Shown here one piece after another: positions 38,727-54,281 of a DNA stretch of 64,000 bases (positions within the stretch are counted from its first letter, which is position 1; every line of letters begins with the position of its first letter). This stretch comes from Zygnema circumcarinatum SAG 698-1b (taxonomy: Eukaryota; Plantae; Zygnematophyceae). The position numbers and the translations under genes were made by a program. The notes beneath the pieces are model-generated. The model made no database searches. It was not told the DNA's origin and was given only the letters and a program-made list of their open reading frames with translations. The stretch covers positions 310,001 to 374,000 of the forward strand of contig CM074808.1 in the NCBI GenBank assembly GCA_037447605.1, given 5' to 3'.

Positions 38727-41159
38727 CTAATTTTCTCGATTGGTTCTGTACATCTCACTAAAGTATTTACAGAGCTCCTGGTCCCTCCAATCTCCCCACC
38801 CTCCCCACCCTTTGAAGGCGGGCCCATTCCCTCTCACGGGCTCTATCCGAATGTTCGGATGTTCACTAACCGCCGGAATTAGGTCCGCCTCTCCTATGGG
38901 CGGCAGGTCCCTTTCTGGATTGAAAAGTTGGGAGGCTTTACTATGGAGCCCCCACTTTCCAATGTGCCAAGCACTTGCTCTCGACGATCTCAAGCTCAGC
39001 TTCTTTTCGCCCCAAGGCTCTTGAACAGTCGTCCAATAGGTCAAGTCCCAATTGTAGTCATCAAAGGTGCAGAATCGCTGCAAAAAAAAAAGCACGACAA
39101 ACTCAATGTTGCCTACAAACAGCTTTCCAGATTATTGGGGGCTTCTATGGTTTTGAGAGGTCTGGAGTTGTAGAGCACTGCTAGTTTTCAAGAGCATATG
39201 TTCTTGTTAAGTTAGAGCGCTAACCTCCCAGACACATAAACTCAGATTCAAAACACCAATAGTAATAACAATGATGCCTGATTCAGTCACTAAATACGAA
39301 ACTATGTGTGTATAGATCTCTCTCTCTCCCACTCTCTCCCCCTCTCCCTCTCCCTCTCCCTCTCCCTCTCTCTCTCTGTCAGTTACAGCTCTCCTCTCCT
39401 GTTCTTTACCTCCGTCGCAGCATGTATCTTTTCCCAAACAGTTCGATTGAAAGCATAGCCGATGTTCCCCATCTTCTCTGCAACCACGTCCCTTGACCCG
39501 TCCCCATGCACGTCTACATTTGAGGGCGCGAGGTTGGCCGCTACGCATTGGGGGCAGATCTCATTCTTCAAGCGAGTGAGAACTTTGATGGTCAAAAAAG
39601 CGTTTGGAAAAATGAAGTGATCTTCTTCAATGAACAAAACATGGCCGTCAAAATTTCGCGTTTCGGCGAGGCCATCCCATACGGTGTTCATCATCCACCA
39701 CCAATGATGCTGCACGAAAAATAAAATTAAAATTAAAAAAAGAATCATAAATTATGAAATCTCAACAGACGCTCTTACAGATCATTTTCAAGCTTTTGCC
39801 TCGTCAATAACGCCCTAACCAAAAAAAAACAAGCTTAAAATGACTAAAATCCTACGACAGGATCGACGACTAGAGGGCCATTCTCCCTTGGGGTAATGGA
39901 AGCTATTACATTTATCTCACCTTCAAAGATGTGAATTTAGGGCTTCGGTGATTTCCATATTGGTCATGTTGACCCACACATCCAGGCAGTGCAGCTCCTT
40001 TGTTTCCTTCACAGTCCCCCGGAGAAGTACCGGGAAAGGTTCCGTTGTAGAGGTGAGGGGAAAAGGGGCTGTAAATCTGCTTGACTTGACAGAAGTTCAC
40101 CTTCTTGACCAACAAATCGATTGCCGGATAGTAGCCATCGTGACTGCAGGGAGCCACTCCATGTAACGAAGGGTGTGGAAACTACGTTCAAAATTAGGGG
40201 GGTTACGTTGACTGAAAAGTGGGAACAGCAACCCTCCAAACCGTAATGCCTTAAGGTTCCAAACCCTAAAGACTTTCATGGTGTCTGTATGCTTAAGATT
40301 GGGATTTAGATTAGGATTGGGATCTTTTGGAAGTAGAGATGACGATAATAGCATAATGAATGATGTCGGCAGCTTACCTCACAATGAGAAGGGTTTCTTC
40401 GATCCCCTTCACTTTTGAGAGGCTTGTCAAAACCACATCTAAATATTCGGGCCGGTTATGAACATAAAGAACGAACACTACACTTCCATTTCTTGCTCCG
40501 CCATTCGCAAACATTTCTTTATTCCGAGGACTTATCGCATTCTCCGATTCAAAGTGACGAGATAGTTCGTTGCTTGGCGGCCACCCTGCTTTCCGCTTCC
40601 AATCCGCTAAGAAAATATCTTTCTCATCCATAGGCTCAGCCGGAGGAGCTTCAACACTCCCCCCACTCTTCTCTCCCTCTCCTCCCTCTCTCTCCTGCCT
40701 CTCCACAGGAGTAAGCTGCACTACCCCTCCCCCCTCCTCTACTCCTACCCCATTCCCCCCTTCCTTCTCTATTCCCACACTCCCTCCCCCACCGGCTCCC
40801 AAGCTCTCTCCTCCCTTCTGCTTCCCTTCCAACCCATCTCCCATTTCCAAGACCCACTCTGTCTTATCAACCACCTTCTTATCATCTTCATCGCTTTCAC
40901 TTGAATACTTTTCAGAAGCCAATCCTCCCTTCACCCGGTGCCCCCACCCCTCCTCCACCGCCCCCATGAGCTCCTCTGGAACTCCAAACCTCCATCTCCC
41001 TCCCAAGCCGCCATGGCTTCCTCCAAGAGGGGATGCCAGTCTCGCCCCTGCAATGTAGGCTCCTGCTATCAGAGCAAATGCCGCCCATGCGAGGAGGACT
41101 ATGAGGAGGACCTTTCTGGAAGATGCTCCTCCTCTCGCGGTATGGGGAGGTATCGCCAT
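38727..41159 (-). CDS. MGAT2: N-acetylglucosaminyltransferase II (GT16), 4 exons
   Basis: Type II transmembrane segment, VLYVHNRPEYL, GIEETLLIV|SHDGYY, FCQVKQIYSPFSPHL, YGNHRSPKFTSLK|HHWWWMMNTVW, FIEEDH, NIGYAFNR, FCTFDDYNWD, GWGGWGDWRDQELC. Confidence 0.95.
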
Positions 41160-42476
41160 GGCGCTGCTCTCTCAACGCTCTCCTCCTCTCCCTCTCCCTC
41201 CTCTCCCTCCTCCTCTTCTGTTAGTTTCCAAGGGCATTTGATACAAGGAGGGGCTGCATAGCACCTGGCTCTACAAACTGATCGGTGGGAAGCGAGGATA
41301 CGAAGTGAAGGATAACCTTATAACCCTAGCTCCCTCTCTCTCTCCCTCTCTCTCTCTCGCGCTCTTCCTTTCTCTCTCTCTGCCGTTTCTGCACTCATTC
41401 CTAAAGGTATGAAGAAACTGGAAATGGCATTGATCTCAATCAATGTCAATGATCTTCATCAATTGACAATGACCTTGACAAAGGTATGAGATTTCCATAC
41501 TTGTAATTCCCTTCACAAATGTTTTTGGTAGGCACAAGCCACGACCACAGAGCATTGCCTTAAGGCAACAGGGACTGTGTCAACTTTGACATTTGCGGTT
41601 CTTTTTTCAGAACCAGTCCTCCGCAATGTCTTTTTTCTCTAACATATTCTGTTTGGCAAGAACTAGATTTTATTGTTAAGTTGTCAGGATTTGACAGGTT
41701 GACCAGGGCTTCCGGGAAAAACCCTAACCTCCATGGAACCCCCTCCAGTTCCAACGGAACTGCGGCTCCTGACAGCGATCAGCGATCCGTGAAACAGGAA
41801 AATGTCGAACGCATAACCACATTTTTATTTTTTCACGGGACAACAAATTCATGGAACGTCCTACGCGGCACGCTCTCGTCCTTTTCCTTGGCGACAAATT
41901 CTGCCGACCGCAATCCGATACCCTTCGGTATCCGATACCATTTATAATCTTTAACTGAATCTTGACTTGGAAGTCGGTCCAGTCAGAGACATCCACGTGA
42001 CAAACCCAACTAGCGGCCAAAAAAATTCCTTTAGGACCGTACCAGGATCTTGGAGCTCGCTGATTGGCCAAGATCACGTGCCGACACGAATTGGATCGGC
42101 TTTTGAAACAAACCAATAAGGGCTCGCCACGCAACCAAACCGACAATTTGTATTTACCGAAGAAGTCACAATAAAGTGTACGGCCGCCGCCTAAGGCTGA
42201 CAGACAGAGACCCGCTGCGCGCCGGGCAGGGACGCGGAATATCGGCGGGAGGGAGGTAGAGAGAGAGAAAGAAGGAAAGGGTGTGAGCGGAGGGAGAGCG
42301 TGGACGGAGAGAGAAGGGAGAAGGGATACAGGGAGGGAGAGGAAGGGGGCGATAGAGCGGCGGGAGAGAGGGAGGGGTGGAGGAAGAGAGAGGGCGGAGA
42401 GAGAGAGAGGGAGGAAGATCGGAGGGACAGGAGGCGGGAGGGAGGAAGGGGGAGGGAAGGAGGACAGGGCAGTGCG

Positions 42477-45400
42477 ATGGGAGGGGGAGGGAGGAGGCTG
42501 GCGGGTGCCACGTGGCTGCTGCTGCTCCTGTCGCTGGCAGTCGCGGAGGGTGCGAGCAGCGTCATGCGCCTCTTCTATGTCGAGAACGCCGTCAAGGCGG
42601 GGGCAGGTCACACACCCTCCCCACCTCCCCCCTCCCCAACTCCCCCCCTTCCCCCCGCCCCCCTCCCATCCTCNNNNNNNNNNTCCCCCTCCCCTCTCCT
42701 CCCTCCCCTCTCCCCTCTCCCCCCTCCCTTCTCCCCTCTCCCCCCTCCCTCTCCCCCTCCCCCTCCTGTTTCGGAGCTGAGGGGGGTGCTGGGCGGGGCC
42801 GCAGTGTGTCTGGACGGCAGCCCGGCGGCGTACTACTTTCGACGCGGCCGGGGGGTGGCCAACAGCGCGTGGCTCGTCCACTTTGAGGTGGGAGAGAGGG
42901 GAGGGAGAGGGGAGGGGGGAAGAGCAAATTGACCAGGGAGAGAGAGAGACAGGTAGGAGGAGAGGGGCGAGAGAATGAAGAGATTGAGAGACAAAAGGGA
43001 TATAGAGAATGAGAAAATGGAGCGAGGGAGAGAGGGGAGAGCGAGAGGAAAGGGCAGGTTGAGAGGGAGCGGAGTCCAGTGAGGGGAGGTGGAAGCGTCA
43101 GCAGGAATTGGAGACAGCCCAGGAGAAGGAGAGAGAGGGGGGAGCAGGAGACGTGAGAAGGGAGAGAGAGAGAAAAACAACATGCACTGCAGCTTGCTCC
43201 ATCCCTCATACACACTCACTCTCTTACCCCCATTAACCCTTCCCCAAGAGAGGGCGAGATGTAGCAAGAGGGAGAGAGGAAACGCCATGGATTGCAACAT
43301 GCTCCTCCCTCCTCTCTCCACTCTCCCCCCCCACCCTCTCTCTCCCTCTCTCTCCCTCTCTCTCTCTCTCTCCCTCTCTCTCTCTCCCCCTGACCCCTTC
43401 CCCAAGGGCGGGAGTGAGGGAGCAGGGAGGAGGGTGGTGCGGAGGCTCGCACGAATGCATGAAGAGGAGTGAGACCGGCCTCGGGTCTTCTCTTAAATAT
43501 GAAGCTCAGCAGACTTCTTTAGGAGGGGTCTTCTCCCCCAGGAAGGAGATCAATCCAGGTCAACGCCCTGCGCTGAACCCTCCCTTGCTCTACTGCTTCA
43601 GAAACCCTAATGTTGGAGATTCTGAACCCTTGTCATGCATGAAAACTTCACGGCATGAGTCTGTCTGAACTTCCTCTTGCTTCCTCCACTCGTCATTTTT
43701 TTTAAAAACTGGGAAAGTTATAGAATAATATTCTCATTGAAATTATTTCAATTGCAGACTTTTTCAATTGGAACGTAGTTGTGGTAAAGTACTGCGACGG
43801 AGCGTCTTTTACCGGCTACCTCCAACACCCGAAGCTAGTTCATGTCCGCTGCCTCAAAACCCTAAACCTCCCCCCCCCCCTTCCTCCTCCCTCTCTGTCT
43901 CGCTTTTTATCCTCTCCAGCTCTCCCTCTCTCTCTCTCTCCTTTCCCAACTCCGACTCCCTCTCCCTCTCCCTCTCCCTCTCCTCTCTCTCTCTCTCTCA
44001 GCTTCTCTCTCTCCAGCCCTCTCTGCCTCCCACCCCTTCACCAACTGAGGCTCTCTCTCTCACGGGGCGGCGAGCAGGGGAAGAAGCTTTACATTCGCGG
44101 CCGCCAAATTCTGAGGTCACTTTTTGATGACCTGCTTTCGCGCCAGGGAATGCGACACGCTACGCGGGTACCCTCCCTCCCTCCCTCCCGCCCTCCCTCC
44201 CTCTCTTCCCTCCCTTCCTCCCTCCCTTCCTCCCTCCCTTTCCTCCCTCCCTTTCCTCCCTCCCTCCCTCCCTTCCTCCCTCCCTCCCTTCCTCCCTCCC
44301 TCCCTCCCTGCCTCTATCCTCCCTCTCTCCGTCCCTCTCTCTCGCCCTCCCTCTCCTACCTTCCCTCCCTCCGTCCCTCTCTGCCGTCCACCCTCCCCTA
44401 CCTTCCCTCCCTCCATCCCTCTCTCCCGCCCTGCCCTCCCGCTCTCCCCGGGGACTCACACATACTTTAGAACTCCATTCCAGTCAATTTTAGGTGTTCT
44501 AGAGTGACTTGAATCTTCTAGGCCCTCCGGGCTAGAAACATTAGAACCTTATAAATTCTTCAAATCCCTATCAAACTATAACTTCCCACTAACCCCTTTT
44601 CTCTAATGCCCAGCAAACTTACTCTTCAAACTCTTGAACCCTAAAAGAAACAACTTAAGATTCCTAAAGGCCCCACAGACCCCAACAAGTGCCCTACCAA
44701 TGCCCTCCCTCCCTCGGTACAATTCGCAGGTTATCATTGGCGGAGACTCAGCCGGCGGAGTGGCCACTTTTGCCAACTGCGATAGAATTAGGGCTTGGCT
44801 TCCGCAAGTGCAACCAAACCTTCTGAAATGCTACGTGGATGCAGGTCTCTTCACCGACACGTGAGTTTTCTAACTATCATTGTAAAGCTGTTTTTTTCTG
44901 AATTTTTTGGGACAACGAAAGGGAAAGCATTAGCATTGTTAGCTGCATTTAGAATGCAGCTTCTCCTCCCCCTCCCCACTCTCCCCCCACCCCCCCTCCC
45001 TCTCTCCCTCTCCCACACTCCCACCCCGTCCCTCTCTCCCAATCTCCCTCGCTCGCTCTTTCTCGCTCTCTCGCTCACACTCTCTTTCTCTCTCTCGCTC
45101 ACACTCTTTCTCTCTCTCGCTCACACTCTCTTTCTCTCTCTCTCTTTCTCTCTCCCTCTCCCTCTCTCTCCCTTGTCTCCTCCCTCCCTCTGTTTGGTCT
45201 CTCCTCACGCAACGCTGCACATGGAACAGTGTGGATATCGCTGGGAACTACACAACTCGAAACGAATTTTCTCGCGCGTATCGATTTCATGTTCGTTGTC
45301 TGCTCCATCCCCCACTTCACTTCTATGCTGTGCTTGCATGAGATCGGTAACAAAACCGAAAATCCTAAAGAAAGGAAAAACCCAATATCCAAAATATTCT

Positions 45401-47382
45401 TCGATTGCATCATTTTTTATGAAAATGGTTTCTTCTGCTTGAAATAACTCGCTTATGGGTTGAACTTTTGTGTGGCAGAATGCGTCAAGCGGCTTGAACA
45501 CAAAGTGTCGTCTGTCGAAGCCGCAACATTTGCAATACTTGGTATGGTTATTCTTGATTTAAAGAAGGAAAAAAACAAAGGAGAGAGAAAGGAGAGACAA
45601 AGAAAGGTAAAAAGACAAGTAGAAAGAGGAGAAAAGGAAAATGGAAAAGAGAAGAGGGAAACAGGTGGGGAGAGAGAGAGAGGGAGGGAGAGAGAGAGAG
45701 AGGGAGACGGAGAGAGGGAGATGGGCGTAGGGAGGGAAACGAAATTTGTCCATTTGCAAGTCCCATAGCTTAAAAAAGCGCTTCGCACCAAACCACACGA
45801 GTGGAATGCATTCACTATTTAATCTGTAATTTTAGAGGTTTTAATCTTTAACTTATGCTCTATATTATGTAGCTTTTAGTTTTCGTTTGGTTTTATAGTT
45901 GATAGTTTATGTTTTTTTTTTTTTTTTTTTGGTCTCTCAACTGACTTTGGGAATGTGGCGGAATTTTCAGTGTTATTTCCCGCAGTACACTTTGCCGCAC
46001 ATCCTCACGCCTCTCTATGTAGTCAACAGTTTTTACGACAGTTACTCGGTAATGTCTCCGTTCCGTAAAACTCCCAAAATGTGCAAAATTGCATTTAAAG
46101 AAAAAACCATCTGCGGGCACTCCTGAGATTCTTCTCTTTTTTCCATTCTCTTCGCCCTACCCTCCATTTTCTCTTCCTTCCCCGCTACTTCTCCTTTCCC
46201 TTTTCCTCCCTCATCCCCCTTTATTTTTCTGTCCTGCGTTCCGTCGCCCCCTTTGTCCCCTATTTTCCTCCCCTTCATACATCCCTCTCCACCCCCCCTG
46301 CATACTTCCCCTTTCTCCCTCCTTACCTTTCCCCTTCTATCTCGTCCCTCCTCCTTCCCTCCCACCCCTCTCCCATTCCCTCCCTCCCACGCCTCCCTCC
46401 ATTCCTTCTCTCCTCCCTCCCTTCCTTTTCCCAGTCCCTCCTCATTTCCACCCTCCCCTCCTTCCCTTCGTTTCCTCCCCTTTCCCTCCCTCTCAACCGC
46501 TCTCTCCTCCTCTCCTTTTCCATCCCTCCCCTCCCCTCCCTCCGTCCTACCCCACCCTTCCCCCTTCCCCTCCGTCCTCCCATCCCCACTCCCTCCCTCC
46601 GTCCTCCCCCACCCTCCCCCCCTCCCCTCCGTCCTCCCATCCCTCTCCCCCACTCCCTCCGCCCCTCCCCCCCTCTACCCCCCTCTCCCCCCCTCGCTCC
46701 CCTCCTCCTTTCCCTCCCCACCACTCTCTCCCCCCCTTCCTTCCCTTCCCGGCCCCCCTCCCTTCCCCCATCCCTTTCTCCCCCCCTTCCCTCCCCCCCT
46801 TCCCCCCTTCCCTCCCTTTCCTCCCTCCCTCCCCCTCCCCTCCTCCAATTTCCCCTCCTCCCTCCTTTGTCGGTTTGCAGCTGCGCACCTTTTTCGCCCC
46901 CATCCAGTCGGACCCCTCCGGGACCATCCTCCGCTCGTGCATCAAACGATTTCCCAAAAACTGCACATCGACCCAAATAGCTCTCACCCAACGTACGTCG
47001 CTACCTATCAATGTTTTTTCTCACTCTCTCTCTCTCTCTCTCTCTGTGAAAACTTGGTTTTTTTTTTGCTTTTTGGTGTCTCGTAGTCTTCATATCCGTA
47101 AGCATCGTCTGTTTATTGATGTAATTCGAGGTTTTTCATATTCTGGGTTATTTCAGTCCGTTGAACTCGTGTAGGGATGGATGAAGGAGAGTAAAGGTGT
47201 CTGCGAATAAACCTATCGAAGTGAAGGGGGAAGGGGGGAGAGGGAGAGGGGGAGGGAGGTGGGGGTGCACGACACAAAGAAAGAGAAAGACAGAGAGAGA
47301 GAGAGAGGAGAGGGAGTGTGAGGCGCGAGAAAGCGTGACGGAGTGGGACAGGGAGAGTTCGAAGGGGTGCAAGACAGAGAGA

Positions 47383-47419
<37 letters not shown>

Positions 47420-47933
47420 CAAGCAAGTAGAAAGAGAGAGGAAGAGGGAGATTCCGTGCACTAAAATTCTTCAATTTTTGGGGCACAAATGCAGGTTCAA
47501 GGAACAGTGTGATTCAGGCCTTGAAGACTTCCATTGCCCTTCCAAATGTGGGAGGGTTTTTGTACTCTTGCTCCATCCACACGAGCATGGAGGACGACAA
47601 CTTCTGGGGGAGGCTCAGAGTGCAGAACACTGTGAGCCTCCCTTGCTTCTCCCCCAACTTTTTAAAGTCCCTTTTTTTTTTTTTGGAAGGGGGAGGGGAG
47701 GGNNNNNNNNNNGGGTGGGGAGATTTCGGGATTTTTATAAGGGTTTTGAGAGTTTGAAGATTTAGGGTTTCTTGGAAGGGAGGTGAGCATTGACACAAGG
47801 GTTGAGTTGGTTGCAGAAACTTCAACAAGCCTTTGGAGATTGGATTTTTGACCGGGTCAATGGAACTCGGTGGCTTGTGGACTGCCCTGCGCCCTGCAAC
47901 CACTGCAAGTTGAGGAAAAAAAAGAAAGCTTGA
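42477..47933 (+). CDS. PAE: pectin acetylesterase (PAE/Notum family), multi-exon
   Basis: Signal peptide, AVCLDGSPAAYYF, WLVHFE|GGGWC, NP|DFFNWNVVVVKYCDGASFTG, LYIRGRQI, nucleophile motif GDSAGG, DAGLF, CYFPQY, VVNSFYDSY, GGFLYSCSIH, AFGDWIFDR...DCPAPCN. Confidence 0.92.
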
Positions 47934-48957
47934 CCGCTCTCCCTCTCTCTCCCTCTCTCTTCCCCCTCCCTCACTCCCTCTCCTCCCTCCCTCCCTCCTA
48001 AACAGAGCTCTAAAGGAGAGCTCCAAATTTATAACCAGATGTATTCATTCAGTCCCCTGCATGACAGGAAGAAGTTTCCTTGACTTTATCAAGCAGGTCA
48101 TCAGGGAAAATAAAGGCTACACAGGCAATAGATAAAAACAAAGACTGCTTCGCAAAGCAGATTCTTGAAAGCTGTCCAATGTTTTTTTGTTTTTTCATGG
48201 TTATTTCTTTAGGTTAGCAATATTGAATTCTTTATTACTCTCCTCAATTTATGAGTGAGTTAAAATGGTTTGTTCACAATTGACGCGATTTGGATCGCGG
48301 ATTGAAGGTAGAACTGTTTAGGATCGTCGCCAAGTATAGCGGAGAGGGAGTGGTAGAGGGAGGGGTGGAGAGAGAGAGAGAGAGGGAGGGAGAGGGGGAG
48401 AGAGAGAAATGGGAGAATAATCAGATTGTCAGTTCTTCCACTCTGTTTGTTCACATGTCCGAGTGTCCCCCTGCCAACATAGATCGCCCAGTCACAGTTT
48501 TACTGCGCAACTGAACGACAGCGATGTGAACATGTCTCCACGCGCACATGTACAGGTGTGCCGTTAGTCCAATCGACCATTCACGGCTTGCCTTGTGGCA
48601 GCTGTGTCACTAGAACGGTAACAGTTTCACTAGTCCTCAGTTCCAAAGTCTGATGCTTCCTTCCACTAGGCCCCAACTTCAACACATTGTTTTCTTCAAG
48701 CGAACGCATGTCGAACAAACTTCTCTCACTTAAGAATTCATGAGCATAGGCCAGCATCAAATGGGCTTGTTTCCAAGCTGGCCCTCCAACGCTCCATTCT
48801 TCTTTTTTCAAGCTCTCCCCAATTGGACACATCTGGTACAGCTTACAGCTTACAGCTTACTAACAGAAAACCCTAAAATCTTCGCTGCCTCACATCCCCC
48901 CCCCCCCAAAAAACCAAACCCAAAAATCTCTAAATTCTCAAAGGCCGGCGCTACCCT

Positions 48958-50852
48958 CTAGTAGAAGATCAAATAGCAGCCCCTCTCTTTGAGAACATCG
49001 GAAGCCTGCGAACTCGCCAATTGCGAACATGTGATCAAGAGAGTGAGCCACTGACATCCTTCAGCCACCTTCAGCAGCCCGGGTCCCCTCACATTCTCGC
49101 AGACTATGTCGAGGCTCCGGAGACGCTGGCACTTAGCAATGTGTTCAAGGCCCTCATCAGAAATTCCCGTCCACGAGAGCTTCAGATCAACCAACTCACG
49201 GCAGCTATCACCGATTGCTATCAGACTCAAGTCTGTGATTTCTCTGCACCTGCAGAGATTGTAGGACAGGCCATTTGAAAATTAGGGTTTGCTGTCCCTT
49301 CAGAGCATTCCTTGATTACAGCAAAAGGGATGTTTCTTTGAGGTATTGTCGCTTACCTTCTGAGGTTCAGACGGCGAAGCTGAGGAGTAGCATTTACCAT
49401 TCTCCTCAAACCGTGGTCTCCAATGCTCTCCCATTCCAAATGAAGTTCCTTCAAGGAACTACCACGAGCTCCTATTAAAGCGCTTCCCAGAATGGACCAC
49501 CTGTTGCCGATCTGTGCTTCAAATTGACGTAACTTCCCGCTATTTTCAATCAATTTACGGAAGCTCTGTGCGTCATCCTCAACCTCACCTTCGTTCGGAA
49601 CCGCTCTTTCATCAACGGTAAGCTGAAGAGACATCTCCTGCAAATTCGGAAACTCCTTTCCAAGAGTTTCAAATGCCCTACTTTGAAACGCCGTAGAAAG
49701 TCGCAGACTTTTCAGCTCGGAGCAGTGTGCAAGATACTCCAGTCCTGAGGGAGATACCTTTGCCAACCCCCAGAACTCTAAAGTTTCAATCTTTGGAAGT
49801 TTTTTCGAGATTGCTCGCAGTGTGTTGTCTGCAACTGCTTGTCGAATTCGAAGACATGTCAAGCTTTTATTGTGATGAAGCATCTGTACAAATTGCTTAC
49901 TGTTTACATCAAAGGCACGCGGACCTATTTTGAGAGAGCGGAGGGAAGTACATTTGGAAAGAGACTGTAAAGCCGACCTAGAAAGCACACATTGAAGAAT
50001 AACGTTCTCAATGGGGGCACCAGCACGAACGATGTAGTTCAGAAGAGAGTCCATAATACCTCCATCTGTTGTGATGTTCAGCTCTTTCAAATTAGTGCAC
50101 TTTACGTCCTCGAAGGTCAAATTATCGCAAGAAAAGTTCGGGCCTCCCATGAACGAGATTGAGGTTAAATTCTGAAACCCCAAAACTACAGAGATTGCTT
50201 CCGAGCCGCTGCCGCAGCAGTCATCTATGCTCAATTTGTCAAGACAGTCCTTCGTTTTTTCCAAAAAAACCTTCAAACCGTTCGGAGTGATGCAATACGG
50301 CTGCGGCATATCAAGCAAGCTTATAACTCGCCTCGTCGAATGCCACCGGAGACTAAACTCATTCAAAGAAACGCAGCCACTTCCAATAGACTTTAACCCC
50401 ACATCAGAAACTAACTGCAAGCCATGCACACGCAGGACCTGCAGACTTGACATTAGGGCGATGTTTCCGAGTCCAATGTCAGTGAATTGGAGAGCATTTC
50501 CAATTCGGCTGTGAATAACATGCAGCTCCCGCAGTGCAGGCGCTCCCACCGCAATCATATGAAGATGCTTATCCTGCATCTCTTCTGCTCCTGCACTTAA
50601 ATGCAAAACTCGGCAGCTTGAAAACCTCCTAAGGACCTGCGGCAGTCTGTCGAAGCACCGGCACGTTATCTGATGAATGGTGGAGGTTAGCGCTTCTTTA
50701 CAAAGGCGAGAAGAGCGAGCAAACGCGTCACGATCAGGGGGATCATCGAGATATGACATCACAAGGCTGCAAAGGTCCGGGTCGCTGAGAAGGGCTACCA
50801 AGGGAGAGGGACCTCCCGCTCCAACAGCTAGCCGAGCTCTCTTCGTCGCCAT
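48958..50852 (-). CDS. F-box / LRR (AMN1-type) protein, 2 exons
   Basis: F-box-like DPDLCSLVMSYLDDPPDRDAFARSSR followed by many LRRs (FTDIGLGNIA, VSDVGLKSIGSGCVSL, ITDLSLIAIGDSCREL). The single intron 49356-49250 is in phase. Confidence 0.88.
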
Positions 50853-51529
50853 TTGGGGGCTGAACCACAGCACCGCCCCTACTTTGGAACTCTCCCTCTC
50901 CCTCTCCCTCTCCCTCTCCCTCTCCCTCTCCCTCCCTCTCCCTCTCCCCCTCCCCCTCCCTCTCCCTCTCCCTCTCCCTCTCCTTCTCCTCTCCTCTCCC
51001 TCTCCTCTCCCTCTCCCTCTCCCTCCTCCTCTCCCTCTCCCTCTCCCGCTCCCTCCCTCTCCCTCTCCCTCTCCCTCTCCCTCTCCCTCTCCCTCGCCCC
51101 TTAACTTATAGGGTTTCAAAGATTTACGAGTGCCTTCCTATCTCTCTCGTCCTTCTCTGTTTTCACGTTTTCGCGCTCCAAACCCCTTCACCCCCTCCCT
51201 CTCTCTCGCCCTTTCTGTTCCTCTCCCTCCTTCCCTCTACAATTTTAGGGTTTCCAAAACTCCCCCTCGTTCAGAGTGACCCAAAAAGTAATAATTTTGG
51301 AAAAAAAATCAAGCGACGTGTGCGACTACTCCGACTGTTCAGATGCGCCCTTTGCAGATCTAACGATTCACATTACATGCGACAATGTGCGACTTGACCA
51401 TGCGACGATCGTGCGACTGTGTGCGACTCTCCTGCGTCGCAGGGCCGCTCGCTTAGGCGCCAGCGCGCCCTACGACGGCTCTCTTTCTGAAGTCGGCGCT
51501 GAGCGCGCATCTGCTCAGGGGTGCCCGCC

Positions 51530-54281
<2,752 letters not shown>

